A stretch of 64,000 nt of DNA. It comes from the human T2T-CHM13v2.0 reference genome, Homo sapiens. Positions 44,751 to 57,306 of this stretch are shown piece after piece. Position 1 is the first letter of the stretch; every line of letters starts with the position of its first letter. The stretch is from NCBI RefSeq assembly GCF_009914755.1, contig NC_060926.1, one strand, 5' to 3'. The notes under the pieces are model-generated. The model ran no database searches, was not told where the DNA came from, and worked only from the letters and a program-made list of their open reading frames with translations. The position numbers were made by a program, and so were the translations under genes.

Positions 44751-44912
44751 CAGTAAAGTAGGTCCTTATGCAGTATCATCAATTGGTTCTTGGAAACTGT
44801 GACTTTTAAGTGAAATGACATACAGCAGGTCCTCAAATTACATTGTTTTGTTCAACATCATTCCCCTATAATGTTGATGAGAACAAAAACTACACTAAGT
44901 GAGGACTTACTG
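44751..44912. mobile_element. MER6-family (TcMar-Tigger) MITE
   Basis: GGTTCTTGGAAACTGTGACTTTTAAGTGAAATGACATACAGCAGGTCCTC...ATAATGTTGATGAG; right terminus GAGGACTTACTG followed by TA. Confidence 0.75.
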
Positions 44913-46619
44913 TACATGGTACAATGGCCAACTTTTTTTTTTTTTTTTTGCCGTTGCCATCACTAAGCTGTCTATCCACTCTTCAATAGATACACAAAAC
45001 TTTTTTTTTTTCCTAATGGCCTACATTTATTTAGTTTGTCTAAATATGTGGGAAAAGAAGATGTTTCATGTTTGTCCTTTGGGCTCCTACTACTTGCTGC
45101 AAAAGATTCAGCTTTTCTCAGCTCAATACTACCTAAACAAGAAGTGAGTTGCAAGATCCTTTCTCTGGAGCTATTACTGGCAGCTAGAATTTACAGGTAT
45201 GCTCTATTAGAAAATAAATAATAGATATCATCACCTCTGGCATACTATCTTAACTTCCTAAATTTTTCATGTGACTGTTGTTGGTCTAATAGTCTTGTCA
45301 TCACAGCCTACTACTGGATCTAGTTCTGTCGATTTGTGCTTCCCTTTTGCTGTCATCCCTTTCTGTGCTTGGGGAAACACAGGTCTTGCTTCTGAAGGGG
45401 GCATAAAGAATAATATTAAGTAGAACAGTCTCTGAGATTTCACAGAGCTTCCCAATGCTTATATGGTTTTAGGCTGGAAATAGAGATCAGATTCTTGCAT
45501 AATTGTGTGAAAGAGACTGAATCATCAACAGATCTTGCTCTTGTTTTTTCTTCACTTACCTATAGTACATCAATGAGTGAATAGGTCCAGAGTGAGCAGT
45601 CTATGTTGCCTTTCTTTTAACTGGGAATCCATTCTCTATGCATTTTAGGTCAAAACGTTTATTCCAAGGTGACAACTTCAGTCATATGGTTCTGAAAACC
45701 TCTTTGGTCTACTTGTATGACTTGCATTAAAAATTATTACTCCCATGGCTGTTCAAACTCTGTTGATAACCTCTGGCAGATTCAGACCATTACTCTGTTA
45801 GGCACACTAATTAGTTCTTGATGACCCAGTCCTGGAGATCATTAGCCTCTTTCCTTTCAAAAAGAACTACACACTCTTGAGTGATATGGAGGCAGTGGTC
45901 TGAGGTACTGCCTTTATACAAAATTAGTTATTGACTGCTAAGCAGAAACAAGCATTCCCAAATGATTCCTCTTACCTTATTCCAAAGCATACACAACAAA
46001 AACTCCCCTGCAATTATCAGAAATATATGTGTTTTTTTCTATTTAGGACTTTACACTATTGTGATTATGATAGACAATAATCCAATTAGTTACATTTTAC
46101 CACAATTTGTCAACATGTACAAAGGAGGACAACAATGACTCAATAAAAAGCAATACATTAGTTATAATGACTTAAAAAGGAGTCATCACCAGATGCCACT
46201 GTGAGATTGGTTATGTGTGTTCAGAAAAGGGGCTTTAATTCTTTATTCAAACAACAGATATTTTCTCATTCTTAACAATATGAACCTTTTAACCCATTTG
46301 GACCATTTGAACATTTACCTCCAAGGAAAACAGTAGATCTTATCCACCCAAAGGAACAATGTTACGGTGTTTGAATTTTCTCAAATTGTTGCTTGAGAAT
46401 ATAAATTGTGTAACAACAGTAAAAATTAGACCTAGACCTATATTTTATGAAATTACAAATCTCTTTTCAGAAAATATAGAGATGATTATTAGGATAGTTT
46501 TATCATCTACAAAATCAAGGAGTCCATAGTTAGAAGGCCTCATTATTTGAGCAGGAAAAATAAACTTTGTGTTAATTCTCATATTATCATATGTGTAGTT
46601 TGGATATTTAATTGTTAAA

Positions 46620-48095
46620 TATTATATTGAAGTGTGCCATACATGGAAAAATGATGAAATCAGAAATATGTTCATCAATTTTCACATTTTTTTAAAAAGG
46701 GCAAAACACTCGTGTAGTCACCACCCTGTTCAAGATATAAAACACAGTCAGTGCTGAGTTCCTTTTGTGTCCCTTCACAATTGCTACATCCTCACCTTTC
46801 AACAGGCAATGCCATCATGACTTCTTGAAGCACATATTAGTTTTACCTAATTGTAAATAAACTATATAAATGAAATGACAGAGTTGGTATGCTTTCATCT
46901 CTATTCTCTTTCACTCAACATTATCTTTGTAAGATTCAACCCGTGTTGTACAAAAGACAGTATTCCATCCACTTTCACGACTGTATAGTATTCTATGTGT
47001 GCCTATAACAAAATTAATCATCTCAGCCTACTACTGATTGAAATTTAGGTTGTTAGCACCAATAATGCTACCATGAATATTCTTAAGCTTGTCCTTTGAA
47101 GTGTGTGTGTGTGCATTTGTATATGTGTGTGTATGTGTATATGTGTAAATTTCTTTTGAATATAAACATAAAAGTGAATTCTAAGTTTCTAGATCACATG
47201 GTAGGCATATTATACCTTTAGCCGCTATTGCTACGCAGTTTCCCAAAGTGGATGTACCAATTTAAACTCCCACCTATAGTGTATATGAGTTCCCATTCCT
47301 CCATGTACTCAACAACATTCGTTACTTTAAGCCAGTCTGGTGGGCACATGAGGGTACTACACTCTTACTTTAATTTGCTTTTTTTTCTGATTAGTAATTA
47401 TGTTGGGAAGCTTTTCATGTATACAGTGGGTCTTTGGATATCTTCTGTTGGAGAGTGCTCCTTCAAGATTTTGCACATTTTTTATTGGGTTACCTGTCTT
47501 TGCCTTAAGGAATTGTAGAATTCCTTTTTATATTTTGGATATAAGTCTTTGCCAGTTATAAACATTTGAAACGTCTCCCACTAAATGACTTTTCTTGTCA
47601 CTCTTAAAATTATGCCCTTTGATGAATGAAGTTCTAATTTTAGTATAAGATTTATCAATCTTTTGCTTCATAATTAGTGGATTGGTATGTATACATGTGT
47701 ATGTGTGTCCTCAAGGTAATAAAAATATTCTCGTTTTCCTCTAAAAGTTTTTTACCTTTAACATTTACATCCACAATCTACCAGTAATTGATTTTTGTCT
47801 ATGGTGTGAGATTTGAATCAAGACAATTTCTACATAGATATCTCATTATTCCAACAACATTTATTAAAAACACTGGCCTTCATCCACTTTTCTCCTCCAA
47901 TACCAATTCTTTCATAAAGACTCCCTCTATGTGAGAATTATATTACTTTGTCTATTTCTCTGCCCTTTTACCAATAATAGGCATACTGTGTACTGTAGCT
48001 TTATGATGAGTCTTAATATCCAGTAGTTTTAGTCCCCCAAATTTGATCTTTTTCTTCAAGAATATTCTGTTTGTCCTTGGGCCTTTGCAATCTTT
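46620..48095 (-). mobile_element. Old L1M (ME/MD-like) 3' portion
   Basis: Antisense L1M 3'UTR/ORF2 motifs: CCACCCTGTTCAAGATATAAAACA, ATGCTACCATGAATATTCTT, GTTTCCCAAAGTGGATGTACCAATTTA, TTGATTTTTGTCTATGGTGTGAGAT. Contains a (TG)n tract at 47101-47146. Confidence 0.85.
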
Positions 48096-48104
48096 AAGTT
48101 TATT

Positions 48105-48295
48105 TTCCTAGCCAGGGAAATTGGGAAAGGAAAAGAAATAAAGGGTGTAAAGATTAAAAAGGAAGAAGTGAAACTATTATAATTTGCAGATAAGATACTT
48201 ATGTATGTAGAAAAATAAAAAAGATTCTACAGATGAATGATTAAAATTAATAGGTGAATTTAGAAAATCTCAGGATACAAAGTCAGAATGAAAAA
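48105..48295 (+). mobile_element. L1 ORF2 RT-region fragment in the opposite orientation
   Basis: CCTAGCCAGGGAAATTGGGAAAGGAAAAGAAATAAAGG...ATTTGCAGATAAGAT (FADD-like)...CAGGATACAAAGTCA. Confidence 0.75.
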
Positions 48296-48410
48296 CTACT
48301 TCATGGGTACAACGTACCTTATTTGGGTGACGGGTACACTAAAAGCTAAGAATTAACCACTACACAGTGTACCCATGTAACAAAATTGCATTTATACTTC
48401 TTAAATATTA
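48295..48410 (+). mobile_element. Short L1PB/L1MA 3'-end fragment
   Basis: GGGTACAACGTAC...TTGGGTGACGGGTACACTAAAAGC...CCATGTAACAAAATTGCA. Confidence 0.75.
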
Positions 48411-48582
48411 TACCACAAATTGCCTACCTAAGAACAATATAATGAAAAATATTTCAGTTTTAACCTTGGTTTAAAAATTACTATGGAAACATAATTCCCA
48501 ATGACTGGAAGTCTGGTGTCAGTCTAGGAAGTCCTCATAGGTTACTTAATCCTCAGATAATGCCCTTTCTGATTTCAATTAG

Positions 48583-48993
<411 letters not shown>

Positions 48994-49456
48994 TAGTCTT
49001 GTAATTTCTTTCTAGTCTGGAGGAAAGAAAGCAGACTTCTGGAGACAGTAAGGCTATATTTCCATGGCTTATCTCATTTCTTCCAGAATATTTAAATTTG
49101 ATACAACTATTATTAATATAGCTGTTTCAATGTTTATGAACATATGAAACTAGATTTTCAACAATATGATAGAAAACAAAGTAGAAGAAATAATGTAGGA
49201 GTACTTTTGGTGTTGTACAATCAACAGATTTAGATCTTTAGTAAATCTCAGATTTACTATCTCGAATTTAGAACTTTAGACAAAATTATTTAAAAAGTTA
49301 TTATATGTAATATAATTGTATGTTATAATATTTCAGCTTTCAGGTTGTTAAAATGTATATCTTGAAAATATTCTGGCATATGGTTGTCAGGTAACATTGC
49401 TAGGAAGTCCTACATTTTATTCTGAGTTTTTGTTCCTCTGACTCTGTGTATATCTC

Positions 49457-49493
49457 TGTGTGTGTTTGTGTGTGTGTGTGTGTGTTTGTGTGT
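49457..49493. repeat. Imperfect (TG)n microsatellite
   Basis: TGTGTGTGTTTGTGTGTGTGTGTGTGTGTTTGTGTGT. Confidence 0.85.
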
Positions 49494-51091
49494 CTTAGGT
49501 ATTGTTTCTTTAATAAAAGAATAACGATAGTTTTTGCAACTGATATTTTAAATGTCCTTCCTTTGCAAAATAGTTGGCAGTCACACTTAAATTCCTCCAA
49601 TTAAAAGAAAAAATTTCTAGTTCATAAAATCTGTTAAGTCCAATAAGTGTTGCTATAAGAAACCCTTTTAACCTATGTATATATCCTGAAATTCTGCTCC
49701 TAAAAGTCCCTTCACCCTAAAAAATCCTCACAGCAAACTGGAAGAGCAACTGAACTATAATACATTTTAAACGGCATTGCCTCTTGCTCAAATAACTTGA
49801 AAATTACTTTTTTTTTTGTCTCCTCCAGCTTTTCTTCAGCATGGTTTCTGAATTTTAATCAAAACATAAAAATACAAAAGAATAAAAGGAATAACAGAAA
49901 ATCTAATTTGGAATAAAAACAAATGACAATTGGATAAGCCTCAGCATATTCTGGGAAATGTTAAAAGCATCCTTTCAAATAAATTATTTGCCAAATTTGA
50001 ATACAATTTACCTACCTGAAACTGTTTCATTCAGGTAAAGTCTATTACAAAGGTATACATGAGATTATAGGTTAATGTTTTACACATTACGACAAGTAGC
50101 TCAAGAGGCAAGATGATTGTTTGAGAAAAGGTAATTTGAAAGTACTGAATTCTCCGCTATTGGGAAATGCATGTATTTATTATAGTAAGAGTGAAGCACA
50201 CGGGTAAGGATCTCACAACAATAAATCCTCTGTCATCTGTATGAGGAAAATGGTGAGTACCTCCAGGATCTGAGAAGTTATTATTAATAGATGGCACGAT
50301 GAATGTAAGCGTGCTTCTAATTCTGTAATTTGAAAGCATGCATATGTTTCTCGATGTAACACACACATTTATTTACTCATAGACAAAGCTGCAGTTATGT
50401 TCACACACATAACGTCTTAGGGAAATAAGACTGAAGGAGGTGAGAAGAAAGAGAGTGTGGAAGAGGTGAAGAAAGAGATGGAGACAAGGAGACAGAGTGC
50501 ACAGTGATACTGAGACCAAGAGATGGAGGTTTCAAAAGGCCTGCATAAAGATGACTTGGCTGATGCACATAGTGAGAAAAAGCAATGAGCTGATTGGAAG
50601 ACTGCACAGTACCCTTACAGTCCCGTAGACAGTTCCATAACCAAAGTTAATTGCTTTGATCCTCCAATGTTTTTGACATATAAAAGTATATTCAGTAAAT
50701 TAACTTCCCTAAATCTGAAATTTAAAGCTTATGAAAAGTCAAAACAAATGTTTGAAGACTAATCAAAATAAAGTCCTCAGCATGGTTTGATTTAGACCAT
50801 TTTGTACTAGCTTACCAAAATTCTCTATTGAGTTAAATAAGGAATGTAACTAACTAAAACTGGGAACAGAGTTAATAAAATCATGGCTCACAAAAAGCCA
50901 TTTTTTTTTTATTTTGGCCAGCAATAAAATCCTTGGCTAGCGTTTCTCTGTTAGCTATAACAAAAACCTAGTTGTAAATAAGAAATAAAATTTTGAGACA
51001 GATGTTAGCTGTAACATAGAAATATACTTTCCATTAACAATCTGGCATGTTGTATGGTGGTTCTACTCCAAAAGGCAATGTATCTTTTAAT

Positions 51092-51390
51092 TATTTATTT
51101 ATTTTTTTTGAGATGGAGTCTTGCTCTGTCGCCTGGGCTGGAGTGCAGTGGTGCGATCTCCGCTCACTGCAACTTCCAACTCCCCGTTCAAGCGATTCTC
51201 CTGCCTTAGCCTCCCGAGTAGCTGGGATTACAGGCATGCACCACCACACCAGGCTAATTTTTGTATTTTTAATAGAGACAGGGTTTCACCATGTTGGCCA
51301 GACTGGTCTTGAACTCCTGACCTCAGGTGATTCACCTGCCTCAGCCTCACAAAGTGCTGGGATTACAGGCATGAGCCACTGTGCTTGGCC
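51092..51390 (-). mobile_element. AluSx-like, full length
   Basis: Dimeric Alu; perfect 18-bp TSD GGCAATGTATCTTTTAAT (51074-51091 / 51391-51408). Confidence 0.95.
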
Positions 51391-53235
51391 GGCAATGTAT
51401 CTTTTAATGTAACTTGATAATATTGTCCTCTGCCTCTGCAGCCTTCCCAGACATATTACTAAAATTAATTCAATTTTAGCAATCAAAACTGTAAATGAAC
51501 TTAGTTATTCAGCAATCAATGAAATCTAAATGAAGAGTCACTGTTATCCAATTCCTCATGCATTCCCTTAAAATCTCTTTCTCTAGAAAAAGTCTTTAGA
51601 TAAAGGCAGTTCACAAATATATGGCAACCCTAACTTATAACTTGATTATCATGTTATCACATCCCTATCTGGTTCACATAAATTATCTAACCTTTGTCAA
51701 ATTAGAAAAATATTTGGATTCACATTTTTTAGGCTGAATTTCATGAATACTGTAATATACCTATTTTGTATTTTATAAGCTTAGATAGTAAAATCATTCA
51801 GGTAAATGACTATTCTTTAAAAGACGTGTTATGTTTAATAAAGTTTAATATTAAAATTCCTAAAAGTTAATTTTAAGTTCACTCCAGAGTTATGGAGCTA
51901 TGTCTTCCTCTGTAAGAAATAATACAAAATGAATCCTGACTTTGTAGTGAAACAATTCCCTCGTTTTATTGTAGAAATATTTTGGGGGTGGTGACTCTGT
52001 GATTGCTTTGGAATTAAAGCAATCTGCTCATTATCTCATATTGGATATGAAAGCTGAAGGCAAGAATAATGCAAAGCACACATATAATTAGTAGGTTATA
52101 TACCCAGAAGTAATCAGTTCTGTAAGACACACTTCTTCAATGTCCAATAAGCAGAAATGATTAGCAGCAATGAAAAAGAAATGTAAATGTTTTCCATTAA
52201 CTTCTTTTCCTATTTCTGGTAGAAAAACCACAAATAAGTGATTCATTACAAACGTATTGGCAATGGTAAAACAAAGAAAAATTGTTAATGCAATCATTAA
52301 ATTTATCTTACAAGTTTCTGTAATTGTTTAAAAACATAAATGGTGGTTATTATACGCCAAAACATCTCTTGTCATTCATTTTAAATATTTGTCAAAATCA
52401 ATTTAATTCTGGAAGTCTATGTGAGAAAAGTCACAAGCCAACTGCTATTGTAAGTCGCAAACTTCTTAGAAGAGCTCTTTCATTACTAAGTAAAGTATAC
52501 CATGATTGTATGATACTGGACATAGAGAAACAAGATTTGCCTTTCACTCTTTGTAATTTGACTTGTTTGTGCTTTTAAGTTACTCCAATTATTTTCTAAC
52601 TTTCAACATTATTCTGATTAAGTCCTAGCTACAGAGTCTTCAAAAGACTTTTATAAGCCTAACTCTTAAATTGCTGCTTTCTTTGTTTTAGCAAGCACCA
52701 AGGAACTAATAAAACAAGTTTACTCATGTCAAATTTTAGATTAAAAACAGATTGCTCCTTTTATGTGATAACAGAGTTGAAGCAGGATGAAGTCACCTCA
52801 ATTATCATTGTCCCTGGGTTTTATTGTACACTACTCATTTAAGACAAATAATTACCTAGGCCTCTTAGCTTGCAAGTGATTCACACATTATAAGTCTGTA
52901 ATGTTCTGCATTTCTGCTCTCTTGCTAGTACAATTAAAGTTTATTGACAGTAAATATAGTAAATTTTAATTTTTGCCATATAAATACTTAGTGCTATGTT
53001 ACTGACAGAAAGATGATTTCCCAAACCTTAGGAAATACTTATGCAATGTTTTATTTAAATATTAAAAATAGGAATATTCACTCCTACATTAACACTAGCA
53101 TGTTATAATACTACCATGGTGTTAGGCTCTATAATAACCATTAGAGAATAATTTGGCATGAAAATAAATCATTAATTTTATTTCTCTGAAATAAAAAATA
53201 CAACTCAAAAAGAATTAGGAAAAAACAAAGACAAT

Positions 53236-53399
53236 ATATTACATTATATATATTTTATATATATATAAATATATAAATATATTTAAATATATTATATAAT
53301 ATAATATATTATATATTTATATATTTATATATATTTATATATATATATAATATATTTATATATTATAAAATATATAAATACATTATATATATTTATATA

Positions 53400-53432
<33 letters not shown>
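53236..53432. repeat. (TA)n-rich low-complexity tract
   Basis: About 200 bp, almost all A/T, ending in a pure (TA)n run. Confidence 0.92.
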
Positions 53433-53437
<5 letters not shown>

Positions 53438-53444
53438 AAAGTAG

Positions 53445-53776
53445 TTTTTTTTTTTTTTGAGACAGAGTCTCACTCTGTCACCCAGGCTGGAGTGCAGTGG
53501 TGTGATTATGGCTCACTGCAGCCTCCACCTTCTGGGCTCAAGCACTCTACCTCAGCCTGATGAGTTGCTGGGACCACAAATTCATGCCATCAGTCCAGGC
53601 GTGTTTTTTTTTTTGTTTTTTTTTTGTTTTTTTTTTGTTTTTTACTTTTAGCAGAGAAGAGGTTTGGCTGTGTTGCCTAGGCTAGTCTCAAACTCCTGAG
53701 CTCAAGTCATCCGTCATCCTCCCACTTCAGCCTCTCGAAGTGCTAGGATTACAGACACGAGTCACTACACCCAGCC
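53445..53776 (-). mobile_element. AluJ with an expanded middle A-rich linker
   Basis: CTCACTGCAGCCTCC, GGGCTCAAG and AACTCCTGAGCTCAAG are AluJ features; long T/G linker at 53604-53650. Confidence 0.9.
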
Positions 53777-55086
53777 CAAAAACAATATTGATGGAACCCA
53801 AACACAATTTGAATATTGCCATTAACAATATAAAGAAAAACCTATAAATATTGGCTAAAGACTAACAATGAATTGTTTTTATAATTTTCTTCATCTCTCA
53901 CAGGTGATACATGCACAATATGTTCACACACGAAGTCTTGGGTTATCTTTAAGAATAAAAATACTCATTAAAAAATTACAGAAAATGTATTACTCTAGAA
54001 TGGGTGGGATTTGAGGCTTGGAACAACAAGGAAGCTACAACTAAACAAACAACTCAGTGGATGAAATGAATGTGTGTGATCAGCAAACAGCAAGGAAATG
54101 AAAAAACTAAAACAGAGGATTTGGAATGCTGACCAATGGGGTTATAAAATGAAATGCTAATTTTTTCACTACTATTAAAGCCAGCAAATGATCTTTTAAA
54201 AAATTTTAAAGCATAAATGGGTAAAGTCATGTGAAATAAAGGACAATTTCTTTTCTTTTTCTATATTCAGCATTTTAAATTCTTTAAAGTTGTATCCAAG
54301 TTAATATAAAACATATTTATTCAAAAATTTTATTTAACCTTGCTGTTACTAAAATATTTAAAGACACAGATAAAAGGTAGTGCCATATCTCTCTTAAAAA
54401 TCTCATTCAAGATTCTGATTGCATGACATGTAGAATAATCATTAGATCTAGCAAGTGTTTATTTTCAAGCTAGAACTCAAATTTTCCATTTTAATTTTTA
54501 ACATATTTATCGGCTAAAGGGATAAAAACAATAACAAGTTTACAATAATTGTATGATGATAAAATCACAGCTAATAGTTTGTTAAAGCCAAATTAATGCT
54601 ATAACATCTGTTTCTTATCAGCAGAAAATAAGAGTTTTTACACTATATTTTTAATTCAGTAGAAAATATATGCTTTGTTCTCAATTTTTTTCAAGCATTG
54701 TCTTAGATGAGAAAAGGCAATTTTCCAGAGATTCCTGTTCAAACATAACTTCTACAGAATATGTTCATAAGTCAAAACTCACTAGATTAATTCATGGAGA
54801 CAACACTGCATAATTGAAACTCTTGTCATTGCAATCACTGATTAAAACTATTTTCTTGGCTATATTTTTGTGAAATAAAAAAGGAACTTTTAGAATAGGT
54901 GAAGAAGACTTCTAAATATATAGTAAAGATACTTTGCTCAAAGAATTTAAAATGGAATGAACTGCATAAAACTGATATATCAGATCATTATTTTACTTAG
55001 AAAAAAGGGAATTTAATATGGTTCTATCTAAAAATAAAGTGTGAGTAAGATAATACCATAAAAGGAATTGTGCTGAAGAAAAATAG

Positions 55087-56077
55087 TGAGAGGTGAAGCC
55101 AGTTGGACTTCCTGGGTCGAGTGGGGACTTCGAGAACTTTTCTGTCTAGCTATAGGATCGTAAATGCACCAATCAGCGCTCTGTGTCTAACTAAAGGATT
55201 GTAAATGCACCAATCAGCACTCTTTAAAAATGCACCAATCAGCACTCTGCGTCTAGCTAAAGGATTGTAAATGCACCATTCAGCACTCTGTCTAGCTAAA
55301 GGATTGTAAATGCACCAATCATCACTCTGTAAAAACGCACCAATCAGCACTCTGTGTCTAGCTAAAGGATTGTAAATGCACAAATCAGCACTCTGTAAAA
55401 ACACCCCAATCAGCACTCTGTGTCTAGCTAAAGGATTGTAAACACACCAATCAGCACTCTGCAAAAACGCACCAATCAGTGCTCTGTGTCTAGCTAAAGG
55501 TTTGTAAATGCACCAATCAGCAATCTGTAAAACGAACCAATCAGCTCTCTGTAAAATGGACCAATCAGCACTCTGTAAAATGGACCAATCAGCAGGACAT
55601 GAGCAGGGACAAATAAGGGAATAAAAGCTGGCCACCCCAGCCAGAAGCAGCAACCCACTCAGGTCCCCTTCCATGCTGTGGAAGCTTTGTTCTTCTGCTC
55701 TTCACAATAAATCTTGCTATTGCTCACTTTTTGGGTCCGCACTACCTTTATGAGCTGTAACACTTACCACAGGGGTCTGCGGCTTCATTCCTGAAGTCAG
55801 CGAAACTAAGAACCCACTGGGAGGAACAAACTACTCCAGACGTGCCACCTTTAAGAGCTGTAACACTCACTGCGAGGATCTGCAGCTTCACTCCTGAAGT
55901 CAGTGAGACCAGGAACCCACCAGAAGGAAGAAACTCCAGACACATCTGAACATCTGAAGTAACAAACTCCAGACACACCATCTTTAAGAGCTGTAACGCT
56001 CACTGTGAAGGTCCGTGGCTTCATTCTTGAAGTCAGCAAGACCAAGAACCCACCGGAAGGAAAAAATTCCAGACACA
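55087..56077 (+). mobile_element. LTR12-family (ERV9) solo LTR, short-U3 type (LTR12/LTR12F-like)
   Basis: Starts TGAGAGGTGAAGCCAGTTGGACTTCCTGGGTCGAGTGGGGAC; tandem CTAGCTAAAGGATTGTAAATGCACCAATCAGCACTCTG units; three U5 repeats GAGCTGTAACAC/GC; ends CCAGACACA. Confidence 0.95.
55160..55630 (+). promoter_or_regulatory. ERV9 U3 enhancer/promoter: CCAAT (NF-Y) array and AATAAA-type TATA
   Basis: I count 12 intact CCAATC boxes plus 2 variants between 55169 and 55590, then GGGAATAAAAGCTGG at ~55617-55631. Activity is inferred from known LTR12 biology, not shown here. Confidence 0.7.
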
Positions 56078-56957
56078 GTGGGATATGACATCCTAACTCA
56101 ATATATGAACCTATAGGGGTCTAACATTCATAGGTTTCTGTGTATTCAGTGGAAAAATTGAGAGGATTCATCATTCAATTATCTTTTCTTTCCTCCTTTT
56201 TCTTGACCCTCTGCTTCATAGAGAGGGCTTGGAGGTAGGATCCAGAGTGAGCCTCTGTTAGAAGCATTGAGAGAGAAGCCAGAAGGTCCAGTCCTGCTGG
56301 CAGTAGCAAGGGCCCAAGACCACTAGGCCTGCCTGTGTTCTCACAAGCCCCACTACCATCTCTAGATTTTCTCATCACCCAGTCTTGAAAAATCTGTGCC
56401 TGCCCCTTCAGTAGCTTTGCCATTTCTTGATTCCTTTCCTCTGTGGGTGTTCTGGCACTGGCCCTTTTTCCCACCTCTCCTTCTTTTCTGGGATGCTGCT
56501 GCTGTTGCTATCTCCTCTATCCTTCCATCCTTGGCATCTGGCCCTTAATCCTCAGACTGGGTGGGAGCCCATCCCTTGTCTTTTGGGATTTGCAAACTCC
56601 TACCCTGAACCCACATGAAAGTGACTGCTTTCCTGCTTCTGGGGATCTCTTTGGCACTTCCCAGGAACTCCTCCACCTGGAGCAGTAACTCCAGGCTGCT
56701 TCAGGCTGCATGCTTGCACAAAAGCTGGTGGTTCAGGTCAAGAAAGTCTGTAAACTGCCCCAGCAAAATGATACCAGGGTCTGAAAAGCTCAAGATGCTG
56801 ACCTTGGCAGAAAATTGGGATATTATTATTTCGAACATAAAATAGCAATCCTAAATGCTTGATATTTACGTACCAAGAGACTTAGAAATAATCATACATA
56901 CAGTGAATCCTTTTGAATCTCTGCCTTTATGTAAAGTGATAAAGATTGATTAGAACT

Positions 56958-57306
56958 GGCCAGGTGTGGTGGCTCACGCTTGTAATACCAGCACTTTGGG
57001 AGTTCCAGGCGGGCAGATCACTTGAGGTCAGGAGTTCAAGACCAGCCTGGGCAACATGGTAAAACCCCGTCGCTACTAAAAATACAAAAATTAGCTGAGT
57101 GTGGTGGCACCCTGTCTCTACTAAAAATACAAAAATTAGCTGAGCGTGGTGGTGGGTGCCTGTAATCCCATCTACTTGGGAGGGTGAGGCAGGAGAATCA
57201 CTTGAATCTTGGAAGCAGAGGTTGCATTGAGCCAAGATTGAGTCACTGTACTCCTGCCTGTCCTGGAGAGTGAAACTCTGTCTAAAAAATAAAAAATAAA
57301 TAAATA
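56958..57306 (+). mobile_element. AluS (Sz-like) with a 45-bp internal tandem duplication
   Basis: The Alu linker region occurs twice (57065-57109, 57110-57154); degenerate TSD AAAGATTGA(T/C)TA(G/T)AA(C/T)T. Confidence 0.92.

Noticed and set aside
54606-54621. ATCTGTTTCTTATCAG resembling part of U2 snRNA
   Set aside because: Only ~15 nt with a gap, and the flanks do not match U2.
55150-55674. 174-aa ORF with repeated ADWCIYNPLARHR units
   Set aside because: It is the antisense translation of the LTR12 CCAAT tandem array. The array is not CRISPR-like either, since it has no unique spacers.
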